Positions 28,665-38,120 of a stretch of DNA of 64,000 nucleotides are shown in pieces (position 1 is the stretch's first letter; the number at the start of each line of letters is the position of its first letter). Location of the stretch: positions 2,768 to 66,767 of the forward strand of contig CAZOFV010000003.1 in the NCBI GenBank assembly GCA_964579635.1, read 5' to 3'. Made by a program: the position numbers and the translations under genes. The notes below the pieces were generated by a model. It did no database searches. It saw nothing but the letters and a program-made list of their open reading frames with translations, and was not told where the DNA came from. Source of the stretch: an uncultured Candidatus Saccharibacteria bacterium. Lineage in GTDB: Bacteria > Patescibacteriota > Minisyncoccia > Phycocordibacterales > VMEP01.

Positions 28665-28668
28665 ATGA
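28408..28668 (+). CDS. Stand-alone GIY-YIG nuclease (UPF0213-like), 86 aa
   Basis: YTYVL..KDGKLYTGYTNNLRKRFKDHN.G..YTK.R.PYELIYYE..A..RE..LK. Confidence 0.92.
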   Translation: MFYTYVLKSKKDGKLYTGYTNNLRKRFKDHNDGKSTYTKGRGPYELIYYEACLAEEDARSRELYLKAGRGKRFIKSRLKRFLFCTG

Positions 28669-29285
28669 CTTATTCAATAATTAGAGATGGGGAGTATAAA
28701 AAGTTAAAAACTATTTCTGTAGATGGCTTGATTCTTGATTTAGGTGGAAATTTTAATTCTGAGTACCACGACATAATTAAGGGTAATCATACATTTACTT
28801 CGGTTAATATTAGTGCCCAGTACGGGTGCGACATGGTTTTTGATATACAGAAATCTTTTCCGGTTGAAGATGAAAAATTTGACGCAGTTATTTGTATGAA
28901 TGTTTTGGAGCATGTTTATAAATTTAATAATGTTATAGAAGAGACGTTTCGTGTCTTAAGGCACGGAGGATCTTTTATTTTTGCAGTTCCGTTCATGCAC
29001 CATATTCACGGTAGCCCCGATGATTATTTTAGATATACCCGTTCGGCAATAGAAGAAATGCTCAAAGAGAATAAGTTTGAAAATATAGAAATAGAGGAAA
29101 TAGGATTAGGTTTATTCTCTGTATTTTACCAATCTGCCTCCGGAATGTTCCCGAGCTTTCTTAAGGGCTTTTTTAAAAATCTCGCAGTTTTTATAGATTC
29201 AATATTCTTCAAAATATCAAAGAGATATCAAAATGTTAGCAAGAGAATACCTTTGGGGTATTTTGTTGTAGCGAGAAAGAGCTAA
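28665..29285 (+). CDS. Class I SAM-dependent methyltransferase
   Basis: ILDLGG, NVLEHV, VPFM..HGSPDDYFRYT; ATG at 28665 overlaps the GIY-YIG stop. Confidence 0.88.
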   Translation: MTYSIIRDGEYKKLKTISVDGLILDLGGNFNSEYHDIIKGNHTFTSVNISAQYGCDMVFDIQKSFPVEDEKFDAVICMNVLEHVYKFNNVIEETFRVLRHGGSFIFAVPFMHHIHGSPDDYFRYTRSAIEEMLKENKFENIEIEEIGLGLFSVFYQSASGMFPSFLKGFFKNLAVFIDSIFFKISKRYQNVSKRIPLGYFVVARKS

Positions 29286-30434
29286 TTAATTCTCCAGCAT
29301 GTTTTTGTATAAGGAAAGATACTCCTGGTACATTTTTTTACAAGAAAAATTGTTTAATATTCTTTCTCTTGCCTTTGAGCTCGTTAAAGCATAATCATCT
29401 TTTGAGAGGTTTAAAATATAATCAATACCAGCCCTTAGGTCTTTTATATCTTTATACCTTGCGATATATCCTGTTTCTTTGTGAAGTACTGTTTCTGGGA
29501 GAGCGTCAATATTGTACGTGACCACAGGAACGCCACAAGACATAGCTTCGGTACTTATGAGGCCAAAAGAGTCTTCTGGTGTTGGGTGTATAAAAATATC
29601 GGCAGAAGAAAGGTATTTTGCGAATAAGTTTCGATCGTGTGTTTTTGGAAGTGATTTATAATTTTTACTATCAGTTTTTATGTTTGAGTGTCCTATTGAT
29701 ACAAAAAATAGGTCGTTGTTATCTTTATATTCGTCAACAATTTTATTGGAATCTTCCCAGCCTTTTATTCCAAAGGCAATAATCTTCTTATCAAGAGGAA
29801 GGCCAAGTTCTTTCCTTATTACGATTTTTTCATGTGGTTTAAATATTTCCGTGTCTACTCCGTTATGAATACGAACGATTTTTTGATTACTAAGAATACT
29901 CTTCTCAAGCTCTTTTTTAATCCAATCAGATACCGCCACAACCAAAATCTTTGATTTTTTGTAAATCTCCCGCTTTTTGTTTAAAAGATTCGGCGTGTTG
30001 TCCCAAAGATAAAGTAAAAATCTTTTTTTGTTTGGATTTCTTAAAGTAGCGCTGTTGCTTGAAAATCCAGTAAATGCCCACATGTCATGCATTGTCCATA
30101 CAACTGGTTTTTTAAGAGACATTTTTTGTAGCGTAGAAAGGTTGAAAAAATTACTGTGGAGATTATGGCAATGAACAATATCCGCTTCTCGGAATTCTTT
30201 TGTTTCTAAAAGATAGTCGGTTTTAGCAAAAGCAAGATCGTTTGCAAAAAGCCTAACAAACCAATCCTGATAGCGCCTCCTTGGTATAACAAAAACGTCT
30301 GATTCACCTGAATATTTATAGCGCACAAAAGTTGAAACCGTGTGACCATCAGCTTTCAATCTCTTTCTGAGTTCCCAAGAAATATTTGCTGCACCACCTT
30401 TGTTATCTATTGTTCCTAAGACAAAAATTTTCAT
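29286..30434 (-). CDS. GT4 glycosyltransferase (WcaC-like)
   Basis: GGAA, HNLH, VVWTMHDMW, DSFGL..EAMSCGVPVV. Confidence 0.9.
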   Translation of the reverse strand: MKIFVLGTIDNKGGAANISWELRKRLKADGHTVSTFVRYKYSGESDVFVIPRRRYQDWFVRLFANDLAFAKTDYLLETKEFREADIVHCHNLHSNFFNLSTLQKMSLKKPVVWTMHDMWAFTGFSSNSATLRNPNKKRFLLYLWDNTPNLLNKKREIYKKSKILVVAVSDWIKKELEKSILSNQKIVRIHNGVDTEIFKPHEKIVIRKELGLPLDKKIIAFGIKGWEDSNKIVDEYKDNNDLFFVSIGHSNIKTDSKNYKSLPKTHDRNLFAKYLSSADIFIHPTPEDSFGLISTEAMSCGVPVVTYNIDALPETVLHKETGYIARYKDIKDLRAGIDYILNLSKDDYALTSSKARERILNNFSCKKMYQEYLSLYKNMLEN

Positions 30435-30550
30435 CCCGTACGAAATAGGAAATGATTACATTTCCGTAAATTATTGATAAAGCTTATATAAAACTTAACA
30501 TCTTTCGGGTTATTTACCATATAAACACAACTAAGTGATTTCGTACGGGA
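30435..30550 (-). mobile_element. Non-autonomous, internally deleted copy of the GIY-YIG element
   Basis: Perfect 14-bp inverted repeats ATCCCGTACGAAAT (30433-30446) and ATTTCGTACGGGAT (30538-30551); TCAT (ATGA on minus strand) both sides; interior encodes GIY-YIG remnants. Confidence 0.75.
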
Positions 30551-30554
30551 TCAT

Positions 30555-31604
30555 TTATTTATTTTCAAAGCAATCGCGAATAAAATCTCTTGCTAGTTTT
30601 TTTGAAGTGAATTCTTTTAGGTAAAGGTTACAACCATTTTCACCGATTTTGTTAAGTATTTCCGGGTTGTCTCGTAAATAAGTTATTTTTTCTGCTAGTT
30701 CTAGAGAGTTACCAGGCTCTACGGCAACACAATTATTATCCTCTGTTAAAACTTCAAGTACACCAGCGTTTCTTCCGGTAAGGTAGGGGAGACCAAGAGC
30801 TAGGCTCTCATACAGTTTAGCTGGAAGTGTGCGAGTAAGGCGAGGGTGGTCCGCGAGTTGCCCCAAGCTTATATGACAAGAGAGCATCATTTTTCGAAGT
30901 TCATCTTCTGATAATCTTTCCGATAATATTTTTAAATTAGTTGGTTTAAGTTTTGCCATTAACGCATTAACTTCTCTATACATAAATCCATGACCTATAA
31001 CAAGGAATTGAATTTTTTTATTCTCCAGTTTTTTTGCTGTTTCTATTACGGTAAGTATTCCAGATTCTGGTAAAAATCTTCCCCTGAATAAAACAGTGAA
31101 GTCTTTGTTTTTTTGTATAGATTGGTCTCGAAAAAAAATTTCTTCATCAACCCCCATTCTTCCAAGGATAAGTTTGTTTTTTGGGACAAAGAATTTTTTA
31201 TTTACAAAACTAATTTGAGCGGTGCTTTCAAGTAAGACTTTTGAAGAAAGATGAAAAGAAATTAAATCTACAAGGAACCATCTTACCCCTGTCAAAGAAA
31301 AATTTTTAGCAATATTTCTTGATATTATATTTGCTTCATATTGGGAAGAAATAGCATTGAAAATTAACTTTTTGATTGATAGAAGGCGGATTACTGGTAT
31401 TAAAAACGGCAAACCATAGCCAACAATAATTACATCAAATTGATTTTTGTTTTTTAAGAAGCGGTTAATAAAATAAACATATTTACTAATACCATGCCCG
31501 TTTTCAATTAATTCAAAAACCTCATGACTATTTTCCCTTAGCCCATCAATTAAGTGTTTATCTGGGGCATATTTATTGCCGGTATTTATGTATAAAAACT
31601 TCAT
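30555..31604 (-). CDS. Glycosyltransferase (GT4-like)
   Basis: FRGRFLPESG, PAKLYESLALGLP. Confidence 0.85.
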   Translation of the reverse strand: MKFLYINTGNKYAPDKHLIDGLRENSHEVFELIENGHGISKYVYFINRFLKNKNQFDVIIVGYGLPFLIPVIRLLSIKKLIFNAISSQYEANIISRNIAKNFSLTGVRWFLVDLISFHLSSKVLLESTAQISFVNKKFFVPKNKLILGRMGVDEEIFFRDQSIQKNKDFTVLFRGRFLPESGILTVIETAKKLENKKIQFLVIGHGFMYREVNALMAKLKPTNLKILSERLSEDELRKMMLSCHISLGQLADHPRLTRTLPAKLYESLALGLPYLTGRNAGVLEVLTEDNNCVAVEPGNSLELAEKITYLRDNPEILNKIGENGCNLYLKEFTSKKLARDFIRDCFENK

Positions 31605-31652
31605 TATTTTGGCTTCAAGTATATCATCTAATTTGCTACAATCAGACTCTAT

Positions 31653-32798
31653 ATGAAAAGGCTATTCTTAATCTTCCACGGCCGTTTTCCGAGCGAAAAA
31701 GCGGCTTCTCTTTTTGCGGCTAAGGAATGTGAGGCATTTGGGAAAATGGGCTTTTTGACGACTATTCTTGTTCCACGTCGCCTAGGGAGGTTCAAAGCAG
31801 ATCCACACAATTACTATAAGTTGGAAAATAACTTTGAGGTAAGGTATTTGCCAACCATAGATATATTAAATATCGGTTTCCTGAAAGGTTTTTCTTTTAA
31901 ATTAAGTTTCCTCTCGTTTTCGCTGGTAAGTTTTATTTACCTTATTTTTAAAGCTAGCAAGCAAGATTTAATTTATTCAAATGAGTCTCTCCCCACGTTT
32001 TTCTCAACTTTTTATTTTCCAAATACTTTGTATGAATTACACGATTTTCCAGAAGGAAAAAAGTTTTTTTATAAATTACTTTTTAAGAGAGTGAAATATC
32101 TTTTAGTAACAAACATCTGGAAAACAGAAGAGGTGATTCGTTTATTTGGTGTAAATAGAGAAAAAATTATATGCGAACGTAATGCCGTCGAGGTGAAAGA
32201 TTTTGATATTCCAATAGAAAGAGAAGAGGCTAGAAATAAATTAAATTTGCCGGGAGACAAAAAAATAATTGTATATACCGGACATCTGTATTCTTGGAAG
32301 GGAACAGATGTTTTAGCGGAAGCCACAAAAATACTCCCAAAAGATTATTTAACAGTTTTTGTTGGTGGCACGAATGAGGATGTTAGTATTTTTAAGGATA
32401 AGTATGGTGGTATTGAGAATATATTGGTTGTAGGACACAAGGAACGTGGAGAGATTCCATTATGGCAAAAATCTGCTGATGTTTTAGTTTTACCAAACAC
32501 CGCAAAAGAGGATATTTCAAAATATTACACTTCCCCAATGAAACTTTTTGAATATATGGCAAGTAGGCGCCCAATCGTGGCGACAGATATTCCATCCGTG
32601 AGAGAAATAGCAAATAATGAGAATGCCATTATTGTTTTGCCAGATAATCCAAATGATTTGGCAGAGGGGATTAAGAAAGCTATTAGCGACAAAAATCTTG
32701 TAGGGGAAATAACAGAGAAGGCTTATTCTGATGTTTTGTTCCACACCTGGGAAAGAAGAGCCAAGAGGATATTAGATTTTGTTTGTGGAAATACATGA
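31653..32798 (+). CDS. GT4 glycosyltransferase
   Basis: YTGHLYSWKG, SPMKLFEYMASRRPIVATD. Confidence 0.92.
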   Translation: MKRLFLIFHGRFPSEKAASLFAAKECEAFGKMGFLTTILVPRRLGRFKADPHNYYKLENNFEVRYLPTIDILNIGFLKGFSFKLSFLSFSLVSFIYLIFKASKQDLIYSNESLPTFFSTFYFPNTLYELHDFPEGKKFFYKLLFKRVKYLLVTNIWKTEEVIRLFGVNREKIICERNAVEVKDFDIPIEREEARNKLNLPGDKKIIVYTGHLYSWKGTDVLAEATKILPKDYLTVFVGGTNEDVSIFKDKYGGIENILVVGHKERGEIPLWQKSADVLVLPNTAKEDISKYYTSPMKLFEYMASRRPIVATDIPSVREIANNENAIIVLPDNPNDLAEGIKKAISDKNLVGEITEKAYSDVLFHTWERRAKRILDFVCGNT

Positions 32799-34165
32799 TT
32801 AATTTTTTTAAAAGATATCGTTTTGATTTGATTATTTTTGCTATAGCTTTAATAGTTAGAATTTTTTTGTTTAGCATTAATTTATCTGTTGAAAATGGTA
32901 ATTTAGATAAAACTATTCACGGCGATGATGGTTATTATGAAATAAGCAGGTCGTTAGTTGCCGGGCACGGCTTTACAGGGGAAACCAATCCTCCTTTTAA
33001 TCCTAATCCACTTAGGACGCCGTTGTACCCATATTTTATTGCCATTATTCTATTTTTAACCAATAGTTATTGGTTCGTAATTATTACCCAAATTATTATA
33101 GGGGCACTTATCCCAGTATTAGGAAGAAGATTATCTTTAAAGATTGTTGATTCTGAAAAAATAAGTTTCATTGTTGGTTTGATTCTAGCTCTTGAGCCAT
33201 ATCTTGTTCTTTTTTCTTCTGTTTTTTACACAGAGACTATTTTTATCTTTTTGTTTATTCTTTTTTCTATAATTTTTATTTCATACCTTAATAGCGACAA
33301 TAAAAAAACACTTGCATGGAGTGCTTTTGTTTTAGGTTTAGCTACGCTAACTAAAACCACCCCACAGTTTTTGCCGCTTTTTATACTTCCAGTTATTTAT
33401 TTGCAGTTTTGTAAAATTTTAACAAAAAAACAAATAGCGATTAGGTTTATATTATTTTTATTAATTTTTTTAGCAACATTATCTCCTTGGATTTATCGTA
33501 ATTACAATGAGTTTGGTAAGGTTGGTATGACAGCTCAACCAGCTTATAACGTTTACGTGTACTTAGTCCCGTCTGTTTTGTCGATTGAAAACAATACAGG
33601 TTTTTCAGAAGAATTAAACAAGTGGGCAACTCCAGCGGAAACATCGACCGATAAAATTACACTTGCAAACGGTGCTTTTTACATAAAAAAATCACTTCCT
33701 GTAATATTTGATCATCCTCAGGCTTTACTGAGCCTTGTTGGAATAAGTTTTGTGACATTTTTTACTCATGATGGAATGCTCACAGTCTTACAGCACGCCG
33801 GTATAACCCCAGATATTTATCCAAAAAGATCAGCTATTTCTCTTTTGTTTACATCGCCTGTAGAGTTTTTTCTACTTTTGAAAGAATTTGCAGCAAGCCC
33901 ATTAATTACCATCCTGTTTTTTAGGGTTTTTTGGATGGTCGTGACAATTGCTTTTTTTGTCGGTAGTATTGTTTTCATCCGAAAGAAAAAATATCACGCT
34001 AAAGGATTGTTTGCCTTGATTTTGGTTTTATATTTTTTAATAACAACTCCTATAAATGGATTAGGAGTGAACGCTCGCTTTCGAATGCCCGTTAATGCAA
34101 TTATCTTAACTTTCGCTGTTTACGGGATACTAAGACCAGATTTTAAAGAAAGATTAATTAAATGA
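32795..34165 (+). CDS. GT-C fold membrane glycosyltransferase (ArnT/PMT-like)
   Basis: DD.YY, RTPLYPYF, TETIF, many TM helices, ARFRMP; ATGA overlap start. Confidence 0.8.
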   Translation: MINFFKRYRFDLIIFAIALIVRIFLFSINLSVENGNLDKTIHGDDGYYEISRSLVAGHGFTGETNPPFNPNPLRTPLYPYFIAIILFLTNSYWFVIITQIIIGALIPVLGRRLSLKIVDSEKISFIVGLILALEPYLVLFSSVFYTETIFIFLFILFSIIFISYLNSDNKKTLAWSAFVLGLATLTKTTPQFLPLFILPVIYLQFCKILTKKQIAIRFILFLLIFLATLSPWIYRNYNEFGKVGMTAQPAYNVYVYLVPSVLSIENNTGFSEELNKWATPAETSTDKITLANGAFYIKKSLPVIFDHPQALLSLVGISFVTFFTHDGMLTVLQHAGITPDIYPKRSAISLLFTSPVEFFLLLKEFAASPLITILFFRVFWMVVTIAFFVGSIVFIRKKKYHAKGLFALILVLYFLITTPINGLGVNARFRMPVNAIILTFAVYGILRPDFKERLIK

Positions 34166-35724
34166 ATAAGTTATCTATAATAATTCCGTGTTATAACGAA
34201 TCTAAAACTATCCGTGAAATTTTACGGCGAGTTGAAGGTGCTCCAATGCCAGGATGGGAAAAAGAAATAATTGTTGTTGACGATGGTTCTTTTGATGGGA
34301 CAAGAGATATTCTTAAGGAATATAGTTCGCGAATGAAGATATTTTTTCAAGAGAAAAACGGCGGTAAAGGTACTGCTGTAAGGCGAGGTCTTAAAGAGGC
34401 AACAGGGGAATACTCAATCATACAGGATGCTGATTTGGAATATGATCCAAATGATATAAAGGGGCTACTTGGAGTAATTGATACTAATAAAGCAGACGTT
34501 GTTTATGGTTCTCGTAATTTACATCACGAAAAAAGAGAGGGGTTTATTGTTCAACGTCTTGGCGTTTGGTTTATAACAAAATTAATGAATGTTATTTACG
34601 GTTTTAAGTTAACCGATGTCTGGACTTGTTATAAGCTTTTTCCAACTGAAGCTGGGGTAGATTTTTTGACTGGACATTTTGAGTCGGAGCTTCTTTTTAC
34701 GGCGTCACTTGTTAGGCGTGGATATCGTTTTTCTGAGGTTGCTATTTCACATAATCCGCGTCCGGTTAGCGATGGTAAAAAGATTCGTTATAGGGATGGT
34801 GTACAAGCTATTATAGTTATAATCCTAGATTTCTTAGTACATCTTAAAAAAGCCGATAGTTATGTTGCAAAAAAAGTAAATGATATTATCGTATGTCCAT
34901 TTTGTAAAAATAATTTTTCTTTAAATAAAGAAGGTTACACTTGTAGCCTTCACGGCAATTTTACTGTTGATAAAAATGGGCGACCTCTCCTTATTGACAA
35001 GGGGATGTTACAACAAGAAGCAGAAGAGCACACCTCCGGAATTAATTGGTTGAAATCTTTCTTAAAACAATTTCCGACTATTTATTATGGAATTTGGCAT
35101 CTTTTTTGCCCAGTCCTTATGTTGGCTAATGGTCCACGCAAGATAAAAAAATTTATTTCAGATGGTACTTTAATTTTCGATATTGGTTCTGGACCAGAAA
35201 GGCTAGGGGAAGAATTTGTTAATGTCGATGTGTTTCCTTTTCATGGTGTAGATGTAGTTGCTGATGCAACAAATTTGCCATTTAAAAATAATTCTATTTC
35301 AGCGGCTGTTACAGAATCAATGTTAGAACACGTAGATGACCCTGTTGCTGTTGCAAAGGAGTTAGTACGTGTCTTAAAAAAAGATGGGGTGATTTATGTT
35401 AGTGCTCCGTTTATCCATCCATATCACGCTTCTCCTGATGATTTTGGTCGTTGGACAATAAGTGGCTTGAAAGACTTGTTTTCGGAATTGGAAATTATAG
35501 AAACAGGTGTTCGTTCAGGACCGTGGAGTGCTTTTCTCATGTTTTTTGCTTATTGGCTTGGTGTTATTTTTTCTTTTGGTTATAAAAAAGCTGCGCCATT
35601 TCTTGCGCATTTATTTATGCTTTTATTGGGGCCACTTAAGATTTTTGATTTAATTTTTATGTGGTTACCGGGTTCAGAGGCGGTTTCCGCTCATCTTTAC
35701 ATAATAGGTAAAAAGAGGGGTTAG
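34162..35724 (+). CDS. GT2 (DPM-synthase-like) fused to a Zn-ribbon and SAM methyltransferase
   Basis: IIPCYNE, VDDGS, QDADLEYDP; CPFC..C..H; DIGSG, LEHV, HASPDDFGRW. Confidence 0.85.
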   Translation: MNKLSIIIPCYNESKTIREILRRVEGAPMPGWEKEIIVVDDGSFDGTRDILKEYSSRMKIFFQEKNGGKGTAVRRGLKEATGEYSIIQDADLEYDPNDIKGLLGVIDTNKADVVYGSRNLHHEKREGFIVQRLGVWFITKLMNVIYGFKLTDVWTCYKLFPTEAGVDFLTGHFESELLFTASLVRRGYRFSEVAISHNPRPVSDGKKIRYRDGVQAIIVIILDFLVHLKKADSYVAKKVNDIIVCPFCKNNFSLNKEGYTCSLHGNFTVDKNGRPLLIDKGMLQQEAEEHTSGINWLKSFLKQFPTIYYGIWHLFCPVLMLANGPRKIKKFISDGTLIFDIGSGPERLGEEFVNVDVFPFHGVDVVADATNLPFKNNSISAAVTESMLEHVDDPVAVAKELVRVLKKDGVIYVSAPFIHPYHASPDDFGRWTISGLKDLFSELEIIETGVRSGPWSAFLMFFAYWLGVIFSFGYKKAAPFLAHLFMLLLGPLKIFDLIFMWLPGSEAVSAHLYIIGKKRG

Positions 35725-36653
35725 TAGTGTACAAATGTTGAGTACTTATTTTCAAAATATGATTTTTTGTCTGAATAGTAGCTCCAGTCTATTTGTTCTT
35801 TCTGCATAACAATAAAAGGGATATCCCCATAGTAGGACGCAAAAGCTCCAAACGTGCTATTTGCCCCTAAAATGAGGTCAGTTGATGAAAGTAGGAATAA
35901 GTCGTGAACTGCGTTTTCTTTGCTTAAATGGAGATTTAAATCGCTAAATAGTGGTGTTTCAATTGGTCCATCAGAGGTAATGATAAAACAAGTTTCCGAA
36001 GTATTAAGTCCCGATTTCTTTAAGTATTCATCAATAATTTCACGCACCCTTGTTTGTGGAATGAAATAAGCACCGTTTCGCCACTCCTTATAATCGCCTT
36101 GGCGAATATGTATTCCTATAAGATTCTTGAACTTACTCCTTAAGGTTTTTATCTGCGTAGCTACTTTTTTCTCAATATCTTGTCGTGGTTTAAAATATTC
36201 AATTATTTCTTTTCTATATTTTTTTATTCCTATGGGGTTACGGAAAAGCCATCCATCGAAATAAATAGTTTTACTTAATTTCTCAAACTCTGAGAGTTTC
36301 AAGTTCTCATTTGTTGGTGGAAGATAAAACGGTTTATTCTCACTATTATCGGATGTAATTACAGACTGTTTGTTTATTGAAATAATTATTTTTGTATAGT
36401 GTTCGTATAATTTTCTCCACAATCTGCGCTTGAGAGAAGTTTTCCTTTTCGTGTAATTGGTAAATGGAAGAAAGAAAAATAATCTAAAAAAAAGATTTGG
36501 TGCAGATATTGTGAAATAATTACCATACTCAAAAAAAGAATAATTTTGAAGTGTAAATTTTCTCTCAAGAGTATAGGCGTAAATGCTTATATAGTTCCAG
36601 AGTTGGTTTGAGAGCTCGTTTCCCGCCGTTTTAATAATTTTTATTTTTACCAT
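35721..36653 (-). CDS. Divergent GT11 (alpha-1,2-fucosyltransferase-like)
   Basis: LSNQLWNY, GIHIRQGDY, DLFLLS, NSTFG. Confidence 0.75.
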   Translation of the reverse strand: MVKIKIIKTAGNELSNQLWNYISIYAYTLERKFTLQNYSFFEYGNYFTISAPNLFFRLFFFLPFTNYTKRKTSLKRRLWRKLYEHYTKIIISINKQSVITSDNSENKPFYLPPTNENLKLSEFEKLSKTIYFDGWLFRNPIGIKKYRKEIIEYFKPRQDIEKKVATQIKTLRSKFKNLIGIHIRQGDYKEWRNGAYFIPQTRVREIIDEYLKKSGLNTSETCFIITSDGPIETPLFSDLNLHLSKENAVHDLFLLSSTDLILGANSTFGAFASYYGDIPFIVMQKEQIDWSYYSDKKSYFENKYSTFVHY

Positions 36654-37478
36654 TTATTTTTTAGGACGGGCTTCTATAAAACACCTGCCGTCACTTTCTT
36701 CTTTTATAATTTTCATTTCATAGGAAATAGAAGAAAGGAAAGACACAACATTAAACATATTAAGCATTGAGTGTATCTCCATAAGTATAATAGGTTTTTT
36801 GTTCAAAATAGTGTTTTTTGCGCCAGCGAGGACAAGAGACTCAGCCCCTTCAACGTCTATTTTTATTATGTCTGGCAAATCTTTTATCCCGAGCTCTTTT
36901 TCGAATAGGTCTAATGGAACAGTTTTTACTTTTATTTCAGTAAAGCCACGTTGTTTAAAAGCAGCTCTTTCCCAGATAGTATCAGCGGTGTCTATAAAAC
37001 CACCAGAACTTCTCCCACTTTCAATATCATCACTCATGCTGAATTCTTCGGTTCCTAAAACATTTGATACGGCGATATCGAAAACAGAAATTATATTTTT
37101 TATATCATTATTTTTTTCACGTATTAGTTTCAATCGTTCAACATTTTTAGGATTTGGCTCAAAGGAATAGACCTTACCGTGAGGCCCAACAAGTTTTGCA
37201 AAATAAAAAGAATGAAATCCTATGTGTGCGCCAATATCAAAAATAATTTTACCTTCAAGTTTTTCTGACTCCAGGCGTTTAAAGAGAAAGGTGTCGTAAT
37301 TATTTTCAATAATATTTTTTTGCCACGGACCGTTTGGATCAAAAAATATTTGTAACCCGTTTAATGGTCTATAGGTGAGTGTCGTCCATTTTGGATGAAA
37401 TATTTTATTTTTTACAAATATTTTTTTTAAAAAATAAAATATTATTGGTGGAATTATATTTTTTATAATTTTTTTCAT
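36654..37478 (-). CDS. FkbM family methyltransferase
   Basis: DIGAHIG, FEPNP, IKIDVEGAE. Confidence 0.92.
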   Translation of the reverse strand: MKKIIKNIIPPIIFYFLKKIFVKNKIFHPKWTTLTYRPLNGLQIFFDPNGPWQKNIIENNYDTFLFKRLESEKLEGKIIFDIGAHIGFHSFYFAKLVGPHGKVYSFEPNPKNVERLKLIREKNNDIKNIISVFDIAVSNVLGTEEFSMSDDIESGRSSGGFIDTADTIWERAAFKQRGFTEIKVKTVPLDLFEKELGIKDLPDIIKIDVEGAESLVLAGAKNTILNKKPIILMEIHSMLNMFNVVSFLSSISYEMKIIKEESDGRCFIEARPKK

Positions 37479-37490
37479 GTTTGTTGAGAA

Positions 37491-38120
37491 TTATTTTTTT
37501 AAAATGAAATATCTAGTCCAGGCACTTTCGTTTGGGATATAACTTTCTATTACCCTGAGACCGCTTTTTTCAATCTCCTTAACAACCTTGCGGTACGGGT
37601 AATCAATGTTACCCATTTCCCAGTGGTGTCCACATGGAGCCCAGTATTTTTTGTTATTAATAGAAGGAATTCTTAATTGTATATTTTTTTCTTTCAGGAA
37701 TGGTAATTTAACCGTAAGCCTAAGTAGAGACTTTCCGTGATCTGGAAGAGAAATAATAATATTGCTTCTCGACACTCTACCCAGTTCTTTTAAGGCTGTA
37801 GAAAAAGAAGAAAAAGGTAGGTGTTCTAATATTTCAAATGCTACCGCTACATCAAAAGAATTATCTTTAAAGGGAAGATTAAGCACGTCACCGACTATAT
37901 CAGGGGTGGTTGTCGGGTCGTTATCAACCGTGACAACCTTAACATCATTTTCTCGTAAAATCTTTGCTGTAATACCACTACCAGTACCTATCTCAAGAAC
38001 ACTTTTTGGGTTTTGGTTAAAAATATTTTGATATTGGTGGTAGTAGCTATACCACCTTGGTTTGTGGTTGTACTCCTTTTTTAGGTAAATATTTGTGTTG
38101 GTTGTATCTGTTTTGTTCAT
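37491..38120 (-). CDS. Class I SAM-dependent methyltransferase
   Basis: VLEIGTGSG, LPFKDNSFD, EILEHL. Confidence 0.88.
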   Translation of the reverse strand: MNKTDTTNTNIYLKKEYNHKPRWYSYYHQYQNIFNQNPKSVLEIGTGSGITAKILRENDVKVVTVDNDPTTTPDIVGDVLNLPFKDNSFDVAVAFEILEHLPFSSFSTALKELGRVSRSNIIISLPDHGKSLLRLTVKLPFLKEKNIQLRIPSINNKKYWAPCGHHWEMGNIDYPYRKVVKEIEKSGLRVIESYIPNESAWTRYFILKK

